A DNA stretch of 64,000 nucleotides from NCBI GenBank assembly GCA_943704425.1, contig CALSCP010000408.1, forward strand, positions 82,211 to 146,210. The letters are read 5' to 3'. Below, piece after piece: positions 53,213-64,000 of the stretch (position 1 is its first letter; every line of letters begins with the position of its first letter). Under the pieces are notes generated by a model. That model worked only from the letters and a program-made list of their open reading frames with translations. It made no database searches and was not told where the DNA came from. The DNA comes from Ministeria vibrans ATCC 50519 (Eukaryota; Protista; Filasterea). A program made the position numbers and the translations under genes.

Positions 53213-53573
53213 GTCTCTCTCTCTTTCTCAACTTTCCGATCCAGCTGCCCGTCCACGCTCACTGGGGCATGCAAGAAATCATCACAGACTACATTCCCAA
53301 CCCCACAGGTAACCATAATAAGAAACACACGTCAAACTGACCTCTGGTCTCTCTCTATCACTCTCTCTGTCTCTCTTCTTTGTACTCTCGAATTTCCTCC
53401 TTTTTCCTCACTTCTTTTTCTCTTTGTGTTTTCTCTTGCCTTCAGCGCGTACAATGACGATGGGTTTGCTCTGGGCAATGACTGCCGGTACCATCTTTGG
53501 CCTGGCGAAGCTTAATCTCTCCGACGACGGTGTGTCGACCTTTGCCCAACAACTTTTCTACCCAGAGAAGTGA
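52610..53573 (+). CDS. SDHD: Succinate dehydrogenase small cytochrome b subunit (CybS)
   Basis: Presequence; ASKHWAQERYVSVGLL, DWSLA, HAHWGMQEIITDY, LN..DDG. Confidence 0.93.
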
Positions 53574-53629
53574 TAATAAAAGAAAAAGTATTGTTTTTTT
53601 TTGTCTCCACTTCCATTTCACTCCATCTC

Positions 53630-54683
53630 TCAAACAGTCTTGCGCACAGCCAAGGCCCGCATAATGCTGCCCGAACCACCGGCCGCAACCGCAGCCGCGT
53701 GCCAGGCCAGCAGTGCACCGCAGTTGCGGTCCTTGGGTTCCGCCATGGCCCGGTACAGGTACTGCACAAGCGTGTCCACGAGCGCCGGGGGCAGTGATCG
53801 CACGACAGCGTCCACTTCTGCAAGCTTGAACGAACTAATGGCCGTCAGAACAGTCTCCAGGTTTTCGTCCTTCTCTGTTTGCGACGTCGACAGAATCGGC
53901 GGGTCCGTCAGTGCAATCTGTACCAAACGAGCAACGAGCCTTGTCAGATAGCATTTCTCTCTATCACTTGGTTCTCACTCTCTGTCTCTCTTGTCAGATG
54001 GCATTTCTCTCTATCACTTGGTTCTCCTCTCTGTCTCGCTCTGACTCTCTGACTCTCTCTGCCCATACCGTCAATGCATCCGAGCCTTTCCCACTGTTCA
54101 ACGCCGAACGCACATCAGCTGCTCGCTGCTTAACCTCCGCTGCAAAATCCCCAGATGCGGCCTCCTGCATGCACATTGAGAGGAGAGGGGAGAGAGAGTG
54201 AGAAAAAAAAACCTTAATCGCTCGACACAACTCCAAAACCAGCAAGGAAAACAACGCTTCAAACGTCGCTTAGGGCTACGACAGCGCGTTTACACCGATA
54301 GAGATGCCTTGCACGCCGCAGAGTTGTGCGAAAACAAGAGGAGTGGAGGAGAGCCAAAAAAAAAAGGTAAACGCCATCCATACGAACGCAGATGCACGAG
54401 ATTCAACGCCACGTCCACGCAGCATTGATAATCCAACGCGGCAGCATCGATTGGCATGCCTCACGTTCGCTTGAGAGCACAGGATTTATTTTTTCAAGTG
54501 TGTTGCACAAAAAGTGGGTTTCTCCTTCTTGCGACCCCTTACGTCCTCAAAGCGGTCCGCGTCGTAGGCATCAATATCAATTTTTCGGTAGGCCGAGCTG
54601 CAAAGGGCGGGGTGGGGTGGTCAGGGGGACGAGAGAGTCAAAAGAGCACTTTTCATTTTTTACCTATCTGTATTTTTCGACAT
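53630..54683 (-). CDS. ARPC5: Arp2/3 complex subunit 5 (p16-Arc)
   Basis: Spliced N-terminus MSKNTDSSAYRKIDIDAYD; DTLVQYLYRAM, LLAWH, GGSGSIMRALAVRKTV. Confidence 0.92.
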
Positions 54684-54867
54684 GTTTCTGTGTGTGTCTA
54701 TGTGTGTGTGTGTGTGTGTGGGTAGGTGGTGGTGATGAATAGCTACAGAAAAGTATGTACTGTCAACTATGAAGTGTGTTAATAATGTTGAATGTTCTAA
54801 CTTTAAACTTTTACGATTCAAGATGGTACTTATATTTTTCAGTCGTATCGCCCGTTAACGAAATCAA

Positions 54868-57307
54868 ATGCTTCACACGGCGGTTTTCATTGCCATAGTG
54901 GTCTTGACAGGCCGACTGCACGTGTGCAATGCCTTACCAGACGCCGTGCAGATCGCCAAGTTCAACGATTCCATTGGAATGTGCACCGACTCGCTCCTGC
55001 TCGCGCCGACCGCCGCATGCCATCGTAGCACCGCCTCAATTGAGATGGGCGACGGCATCATTCGCCTTCACAACGAAACCATGTCGGCAGAGTGGATCCG
55101 GAGCCTCCGTCGAGAGAACACTGAGGTCTGCCCGAACTCTTCTTCTTGTTGTTGTTGTTGTTTTTTTTTTTATTTTTTTTTTTTAACTCTTTTTGTAACG
55201 CTCCCTCCTTTCTCTTTGCGTGTAGCTACGTACACGTCTCGACGCTGTCGAACGCTCGTTGACCTCTCTCAGCGCCTTGGTGGTTGCGCTGTCTCCTGGC
55301 CGGCCCACGGAGACAGTGCCTACACCAACAGCTATGCCAACTCCCACCGCAAATGCCCCTCCTGTGTGCGCCTACGACGGCTGGTCCAGCTGGTCACTCT
55401 GTACGGAGGCATGCGACGGTGGAGTACACACTCGTACGCGCGATCTACTGACGCCCTCGTGCGGAAATCCGGGGCTGCTCACTGAAACGAGTGCGTGCAA
55501 CACACACACCTGTCCCGTTGATTGTCGCGTCTCAAACTTCACCACCTTTGGTCCGTGCTCCACCACCTGCGGCGGTGGTGTGTCTATTCGCTCACGGGTG
55601 GTGCTTGTTCCACCCATCGGCGGCGCTCCCTGTCCGGCCCTGGTTGAATCAATCGATTGTAACACGCATGTGTGCAACGTGTCCACTTGCGACGGCGGCG
55701 AGTTTGCCACACTCGCCGCGCTCGCTCGTCTCAGCTCCTGCGACATTATCAATGGAAATGTGACTATTCACAGCATTTCAGACGCCTACCAGCTCGCAGA
55801 TTATGTACCAGTCCTCACCCAAATCAACGGTGCGCTCTCCCTCTTTTCCACGTCGGGTCTGACCGCATTTGGGCCGCTCGCTCTCACTCATGTTCTTGGT
55901 TCCCTTGAACTCACCAATCTCGATGGTCTCCAGTCACTGGCGGGCCTTGAGGCTCTCCGTGTCATCGGCCATGCGCTGGCGATCGACGACTGTCGCAATC
56001 TCAACACGCTCACCTCACTCGCCGCACTCGAGTCCATCGGTAGTCACCTCATCGTCAACTCCAACGACAACCTTCTCAACATTGGCGCTTTTCCATCGCT
56101 CTCCTCGGTCGGCGGCAATCTTACCATCTCCGACTGTCCTCTGCTGGTTTCCACAGAGGGTCTATCGCATCTCTCGTTCATCACCGACTCCCTCTATCTC
56201 CATGACAACCCATCGCTGGCTACACTCGGGAACTTTTCGGCACTCACCACAGCCGGCTCCCTCTCCTTCTCTCTTCTTCCCGCCCTCCTTGCCATCCCAC
56301 CTACCGCCTTTCCCGTCCTCACTTCCCTCTCAGGCAGTCTCGTCATTGACCTTGCGGGCCCGAGACTTCCACAGCTCTCCGAAATCGTCTTTCCCACACT
56401 ATCCTCCATTGCCAATGCCTTCTCTCTCTCCTCGCACACCGAATCCTCATGGGGACTCAACTCACCGCTGCACACACTTGCCTTCCCGGTGCTNNNNNNC
56501 CCACAACTCGCCTTTGTCAACGGTTCCTTTGCCATTAACTACGACGATCTCGTGGCCGCATCGCTCTTCACTACCATCGACCTGCCCTCCCTCGTCCGCG
56601 TCGACGGCTCCTTCTCCATCGCAGGCGTCACCACCGCCAGTCTCCCTCTCCTGCACTTGCCCACTCTCCCCTCTCTTCAATCCCTTTCGGGCTCCTACTC
56701 CATCTCCACTGCCTTTCTCGCCAGCCCCGTCAGTGCTCTCATGCCCAATCTAACCTTCATCGGTGGCTCCTTCACCCTCTCCTCCATTGGCGGTCCCCTC
56801 CAAATCACTCAGGGCCTCGCGCGTCTCGAGCGTCTTCTTCCTCCCGCCACCTTTACCCTTACCAATTGCAACATTGGTTCGTTTCCGGTTCTCTCCGCAC
56901 TCATCTCGTCCGNNNNNTCCAAATCACTCAGGGCCTCGCGCGTCTCGAGCGTCTTCTTCCTCCCGCCACCTTTACCCTTACCAATTGCAACATTGGTTCG
57001 TTTCCGGTTCTCTCCGCACTCATCTCGTCCGGTTCCATTACCATTCACATGACTGACCTCACCTCACTGAATCTCTTCTCTGTCATTCAGCTCAGTATGT
57101 CAAACAACACAAAAACTCTCTATTCACATCACACTCGTCGATAATAATTACTATCTCATCTCTATCGCTTGACTTGTAGTCGAAGGGGATGTGACACTCA
57201 CTGACAACAGTCGGGCCACCATCTGCCAGTCGTCTATTGCTCGATACACTGCTGCCGCTACCGGCACAACCACCATTTCCGGCTACGCTCTTTCTGGTTC
57301 TTGTTAG
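54868..57307 (+). CDS. Secreted protein with coiled coil, two TSP1 domains and receptor-L-domain-like beta-helix repeats
   Basis: Signal peptide; WSSWSLCTEACDGGVHTRTR and FGPCSTTCGGGVSIRSR; CDIINGNVTI followed by LxxLxxIgGxLxI repeats; two N gaps inside. Confidence 0.8.
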
Positions 57308-57584
57308 TACAATTATCGTTGGTTATTCACTGTGTCACATCATATTAAAGTTTCCAGCAACGCCAGCATAGCAGAAGAAAGTTCATTGGTACTTTTTGAT
57401 TTCGTTTTTTTTTGGAAGGAGGGGGGGGGTGAAAGAGTTTCGCCGGCACACACACACGCACACACACAGACAAAGACACACAGAGACAACAAACCATTCC
57501 CATTCGATGAACATTGCGCCAGCACAACACACATACAAACAAGAGAACACATACACACACAAACACGCACACAACAAAAAAGAA

Positions 57585-60500
57585 TCAAGGGCGAGGGGGG
57601 CGTGAGGGCATTGGGCGGGGAGCACCAGCGCCAGCCGGAGCCGGGGCAGGACGGTGCGCCGGTTTCGGTGGCACAGACGACGTCGGACGTCCAGGAACAG
57701 GCGGTGTGCCACCACCACCACCACCACCAACACTGGGACGGGGAGGAACGCTACGCGAAGGAGCAGGACGAGGCTACAACGAACCAAAAAATCAAAAAAA
57801 AAAATATTAATAATTAATAATAATAATGTTTTTTTTTTTTTTTTTTTACCTGGTTGGGACGCTGAGGGGGAGGAGGGCGCGCAGCCGAGCCAATGCCGGG
57901 GCCGTCATCGTCGGTGGCGATAGGAGGCGGGGCGGGCGTGTAGGTGGTGGAGATGTTGACCTCGTTGATAATGTCCAGCGCCTTCTTGCTCATGTTGTAC
58001 ATGGTGAGAATGTCCTCACGACGCTGAGCGGCGTCCGGAGACTCCTCCATGAGTTTAGCGGCGTCGGCACCGCTGCGGTACAAAGACGCAATAAGGTCGC
58101 TCTTGATGCACTCCTTGAGCTTGCCAACGACCAGTGCCATGATGGACTTGGGCACGAGATCGCGCACCGTCTTGCTGACAATGCTCATGTACGAGTCCAC
58201 AAGGTTGCGAATGGTCTCCACCTGACGCTCCAAGGCCGGGTCAAGACTGTCGTCGGTGGCCTCCTCCTCCTCCATATCGGAACCCTTCTCGGGGTAGACA
58301 CCGGCGCGCAGGAAGGACGCCTGCCAAGCCTCAAGCTCCTCGGCACTCGACGTGAACAACTCAAAGGTCTTGAGGTCACGAATGACATACTTGGTGTCGG
58401 GGTTGAACAGCTGAATGCCGTACTTCTTGCCGCCACCAATGCGGAAACCGCCCGTCTCGGTGTCACGCGAGCGCAGACCGTCGACACGCAACACGTATTT
58501 TTGGTCGCGCTCTGAGTCGTCCTTGAACCAGGTGAGCGCTTCGGCCGACAGCGAGAACCAGTACTCCTTGGTCTGGCCCAGCACACCGCCAGTCACACCA
58601 AGCCAACCCTTGCGAATGACTTGGTTTGCAGCTGCCTTGCCACCGCGCGTCTTGGATGCGTTCGCCTCCGCCTGACCAAAACCAATAAAGTCCTGGTGGT
58701 TCGTGTTCATGTACGCCAGCTCGAGTCTCAGCAGCATCTCCACCTGCTCATTTGCATTGAAGTGGCAATCACGCAACTGCTGTTTCACAATCGACTCAAC
58801 CTCCTCACGCAGGTTCGGGAAGATGGCAATCTATGCAAAAAGAAACAAACAAAACAACTGTGAGCATTGAAAACAGAACAAAAAAAAAAAGTCCCACCTT
58901 CTCGCCACATTGCGTGACCACATCACTAAGCTCGTTGACACACATGTCGACGCACTTGAGGGACGGTTCGCGCATGAGGTTGATCAGTTTCTTGCAAATG
59001 GCCTCAAAGGCCATGTCGGGGGTAAACAGACCGGTGCGGATACCGTGAATGTTGCGAATGGCAAAGCTGATCTCACGTCGCAGCGTGCGCTCGTCGTACT
59101 CCATCTTAACCAACTCGTACGGAAAGCGTTCGTGGAAAATGCGCGCAATACGTGCACCTCCTGCGAGTTCATTCAGCGAAATGTCATCACCCGAACCCTA
59201 AATATTGTTTTTTAATTTTAAAAAAAGAGTTGTTCAATTTTGAATAGAGAGCTTTTTTTTTTCCTTCTTTTCTTATACCTCAATCTTCTGCTCAAAGTTC
59301 TCGGCAAAGGACTGCACAAGTTGGAGCATGGCCTTGGTGGCACCGGCGGGATCTCCGACGCCGCTCGACTTGAAGCCCTGAACGTCCTTCTCGAGGGCCA
59401 CCAGCTGGTTGCTGAGCTTCTTTTTCAGCTCGGGGAGCGTGTCGCGAATGTGGTTGGTGAGCTGTTGGTTGAGCACCCGCTGGAGGTAGGGCGTGCCCAT
59501 CTTGCCGGCGAGATGGCGGTACGCTGGGTGCGACAAGAAGTATTGACGTTCCGACGCGAGCGCCACCTTGATGTCCTTGTTTCCGTCAATGTCCTTCTGG
59601 CTACGGTTGACAACGCCGACAAAGCCACGACGCAGCGGAATAACCTTGTTCTCGAGCGCATCACGCGCGTCAGTACCCTCGTCCATCAGATCCAGCTTGG
59701 TAATGACACCGATGGTACGGAGACCTTGCGGGTCGAGCTCCTTGGCCAGCTTCAGCGCCTCCGAGTTGGCCAAATCGCTGTTGGCAGGCGACACAGCCAG
59801 AATCAGACAGTTGGGCTTGGTCACATACTGCATGAGCATGCCACGAATCAATTGTTCAATGTCTAAAAACGTTTTTTTTCCTTCGTTTTAGTGCTGCACA
59901 ATGATAAACTTACAAATGTCATTTCTTATTTACCCTTGGGTTGGTCACCGACAGCAACCTTGGTGAGACCGGGAAGATCGACGAGTGTCAAGTTGAGCAC
60001 GTTGGGAGAGTACACCTATAAAAATTCAACGAATTGTGAGACAATTGACTGTTTTCTTTTTTTCTTCTTTCGTTGCAAGCAGGCGAGCGATACCTTGAGT
60101 GAAATGGGGATGGGTGAAATGCCCTTGTTGGTACCCGTCGTACGGTCCGTTTCGTCTTCAATTTCTTTGCGAATTTGGTCAAAGTCGGTGAACTTGCGAC
60201 CTTTGCAATGGAGAAATTCGCCGTATTCGGGTCCCTTGGTGTTGATGAGTTGCAGAATCAGTGGCCGGCGTGTCACAATGCCACTGCCTCGAGGAAGGAA
60301 ATCCCTAATGAAAGAGAGAGAATAAGAAAGAGAAAAAAAAAGTTTTAGAACTCATCATCAAATTAAGACAAGCAGGAATTCGACAAACAAAGCGCCAATA
60401 CAAAAGAAATATAGCATGCGTTTGTTGAGTGAAAAAACTCAAGGGTAGAGAGAGGGTAAGGAGTGAGAGTGAGTGAAAAGGAAAAAAAAAGACCACAACT

Positions 60501-61163
60501 TGATGGGGTGCCCTCTAGAGTGCGTGGTGATCTCGCCCACTCTTTACAGCAGCAACAAAGAGGAGATGCACAGCCGGAAGATGGCGATTAGTGAATTGCG
60601 AATGTCTCACAGAGAGCAAAAAAGAAAAAAAAGTTCAAACGCAAACTAATCGAGAGACCCCCGCCCCAGAGCGCGTGTGGTGCACACAAGGATAGCGCGA
60701 AGGGCCGTCCATAGAAAGGATGCCGGCAAGGGCGACCAGGAAAGCAATGAAGGAACGCAAAGTTTTTTTTTGGGCAATGAAATGTCCGTCACAACAACAG
60801 CAGAAGCAAAGCGGGGCATTCAGCGACCCCACCAACGCACACATGCTAATAGCCATTACACACACACACCCGGGGTCGTCCCAACAAGCGGCCCCCTTTT
60901 TTTTCTCCTTTTCCTTTTTTTTCACTCAGGCGATGAAAATGATGTCCAATATCAGACGCAGGGGGCCTGCGCGAAGCGCATCCCTACACCCACATGTACC
61001 TTCCAACAAAGTTCTCGAGGACACTCGACTTGCCGGCGGACTGGGAGCCGATGACGGCGATCTGGGGCAAGTCGAGGGGGTTGTCGACGCCAAGGTGGGC
61101 GAACGCATCCTGCAGGCTGTTCACCACGGGGATGAGTGCAGACATGCCCTCATTGGTAGTCAT
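57585..61163 (-). CDS. DNM: Classical dynamin (GTPase-middle-PH-GED-PRD)
   Basis: [58 protein letters not shown] domain [30 protein letters not shown], Pro/Arg-rich tail. Confidence 0.95.
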
Positions 61164-61398
61164 CGCGGAGCACAAACGAGAAAGCAAACAAAAAAAATCA
61201 GTGCTAAGTTACTAAGTTATTATATTCATTATACATTCAAATGAAAAGTTCGCAAAAGTCCCGTCTTTAGAATTTCGATGATCTTTCGCTCGACCGACCA
61301 ACAAAAAAAAAATCTTTGTTGACACTCACGCCAAAGGTTAAAAGGTAGGGGACGCCATTATGCCAAAGATTGAAAAGGAGTAAAGTTTAATATTAAGG

Positions 61399-63329
61399 TC
61401 AGGGCAAGGAGAAGTGTGACTGAGTTGCAAAGCGAACTTCACTCAGCGCAGAGTCGAGCGAAGAATCGTCCCAATGATAAAGGATGGCGGAGAGAACGGT
61501 CGGTGTTGGACCTCCACTGATATGGTTCGTAATGAAGATGGTGACGGAGCGCACAGGAGAGGGGGTCTTGAACGAGAAGGGAACGATTTCTTTGCTACCA
61601 AGAGTCGTGAGTGAAATGTTGAGCTTCTCACCAGCGACACTCTCGATTAGAACGAGATGCTCGACAATGACCTGGCCGTCAACAAGACGTTCTTTGAGAA
61701 CAAGAGCGCCGCGCGTGAGGGAGACGGTGGAGTCAAGGGGAACTTGGAAGGAAGGGCCCAGTTGCGGCTCATCAGTGTGGCCAATGGGCCGACTGAAGAG
61801 CCGCGCAATGGCATCGCCAAACTGCTGATAGCGCACCTGGTCATCCATGGGCACGAGTCCCGTCGTGTCTGGGTTGAGGTCCAGAATCAGATTGCACCCA
61901 CGCCCGACCGACGTCATGTACTCATTGACCAGCGCCGACAGTGATTTCACCGTGCCCTCCGACTCGGGTGCCCAGAACCAAAAATGCTAACAGTCACAAA
62001 GATGCCACTTTGTAAGCATGTATGAGGACTGAGGGGAGTGTGTACGTGTGTAATTGTAGTATGTTTATGTACACCATGTGTCGTACCTCGCGCAGGACAG
62101 TGTCACAGGAGGCAGGGCAGAAGTCGCGCGCCAGAGGATTGCCTTGGAACCCATTGCAGTTGGTGGCAGCACCCCAGTTGGGCAGAGGCATAGCTGTAAA
62201 GAACGGGAGAAATAGAGAGAGAGAAAGAACCAAAGCGAATCAGTAAAGAGAAAGCGAAAGTATCATCTATATAAAAATTTATTTATTATTATTATTATTA
62301 AAATTATATTATTTTTATATTTCGTGTGTGTGTGTACCGGCATTTTCATTGCCCATCCATCGCACAGCGTGCTTTGTATCACTCGTTTGACAGCTGTGTA
62401 AAAAGAATGGAGAGGCAGGTTACTTCAGCTGCAGTCAATCTTTTACACAAACACAAATACAAGTCAGTCGGAACCTGTGGCAAATAGACGTTGAGTAGAA
62501 ATCTGTGATGGTCGGCCCAATCAGTGGATTGACGTTTGATTGATAACCAGCGTCAAACCAAATCTCCGTCCAGTTGGTGTACTGTGCCAGTTCTTGAAGT
62601 TGCGCCACTGCGTACGCATTGAACGCCGCTTGCTGAGACGGATCTTTGGTCGTAAAGGAACAGACTCTGCACACAAGCAAGTCGGAAGAGAACCAAGTTC
62701 AAGTTTAGTAATTAATAGATTACATTCACGATTAAAGGTAAAAGAGAAAGAGCAATTGAAAGGCAATCAAAATATAATTCTCCCTCTCCGTACCACAAGT
62801 AGTAGTATACAATAACAATCCAAACTTACGTTTTGTACCAATTCTCGTGCACAGAATAGTACACTCCAGGGCGAAGCCCAAACTTCTCACAGGAACGTAC
62901 AAAGTCTCGTACAATGTCGCCTGTTCCATTGCGCCACGACGTCGCGGCAACGCTAAAGTTGGAGCCCACCCTGGATGGCCACAGAGCAAACCCTAACCAC
63001 AGTACCCTTCTTGAGTACACTGACTCCCCTTCTTCTCTCATCCTACCGCTGAAATGATCGGCTACAAGAACTAGATACTCGGCTCCAAAGGACTTGGCAG
63101 TCTCAGCCCACTGATCCGTATCAAGCAGCGACGGCTGGAATGCGTTGGGAGATGGCAGCGGGTGTTGACAAGTTCGTTGTGATTTTGGAATGAACGTTTG
63201 CAAATTGAAGTGAATCACACCGCCCACGCCCATTTGCATCCATTCCACTTGACGAGACGATGGACGAGCCACATCGTCTCCCAAACAAATCGCAACCACA
63301 AGTGCTACAAATGTCAGATGGCGGATCAT
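61399..63329 (-). CDS. Secreted alpha-L-fucosidase (GH29)
   Basis: Signal peptide; PS.RQ.EW, IHFNL.TF, FQP..LDTDQW, H.SGFALWPS, GDIVRDFV, EIWFDAG, VRWMGNE, SVGRGCNLILDLNPD.TG. Confidence 0.9.
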
Positions 63330-63939
63330 TGAAGATAGACCATTAATAATAATAATTAGAAGAATACAACCCATTTATTTATGATACAAATTACTATTAT
63401 TATTATCTGTACACACTCTAAACCGAGATTCAAAGACTGATCATTTTGATAAATAATTCATTCATTCATTTAGTCAATTCTCACCCTCATTCATCATTGC
63501 CGTGAATAACAGTACTAAGACGAACAGAACGGTAAGTCTCTGCTTGGAGGGAGATGAGTCGTCTCTGGTTGAGAAGAGCGTCACACGATCGTTTTCTCTG
63601 AATCGCCCTTTGCCGTGTGAGTGGAGGGATAGTCTGTTGTGTGTGTTGACTGTCTGGCGGGGTGGATACCTGAGGTGTGGCCGACTGGCTGAGGGTTAGC
63701 GTCGTGTTAGGAATTGTTTGATCAGCTCTCGTCCAGTCAAAATATAGCGCTCGTGAGCGTCACGAACACCGTGGCTGTCTCAACTCTGAGCATGTGTGTG
63801 GTGTGGTGGCGGAGGTGGAGGTGATGCTGAATGACAGCAGTTTAAGTGAGCATTGGGTCTCGTTTTGCTTTATCATTCGTCCGAAATGACAATAATAATA
63901 TTGTTTGCTGCGGTTTCGACTTGGCTGCGGCAATCTGTG

Positions 63940-63994
<55 letters not shown>

Positions 63995-64000
63995 GCACAC

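Noticed and set aside
56798-57031. Apparent ~114-bp tandem duplication and frameshift
   Set aside because: Identical copies flank an N gap, typical of unmerged contig overlap.
63500-64000. Possible gene start at the window end
   Set aside because: No recognisable ORF or motif before the microsatellite.

Overview
Gene-dense eukaryotic nuclear DNA with GT-AG spliceosomal introns, (CT)n/(CA)n-rich introns, AT-rich intergenic spacers and four N gaps. The gene set (classical dynamin with PH and proline-rich tail, MEGF8/attractin, myosin ID/G-like, ERK5-like MAPK, Tyr-motif/ubiquitin-binding adaptor) points to a unicellular holozoan, probably a choanoflagellate; this is an inference. About 22 protein genes and one tRNA-Trp(CCA) are supportable. 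Highlights: (1) a ~2,400-aa GT48/FKS-type 1,3-beta-glucan synthase fused to a signal peptide and an extracellular glycoside-hydrolase-like TIM barrel; (2) a spliced 48-aa microprotein, absent from the ORF track, that closely resembles vertebrate mitoregulin; (3) an intronless BRCT + SMI1/KNR4 (SUKH immunity) fusion; (4) SDHC and SDHD head-to-head with BolA1 adjacent; (5) interleaved halves of a MAPK and an ammonium transporter joined at CT microsatellites, most likely a misassembly; (6) a cluster of poly(A)-tailed structured SINE/LINE-like 3' ends and a decayed ~3.6-kb inverted duplication. All family calls come from motif recognition by eye; no database search was run.
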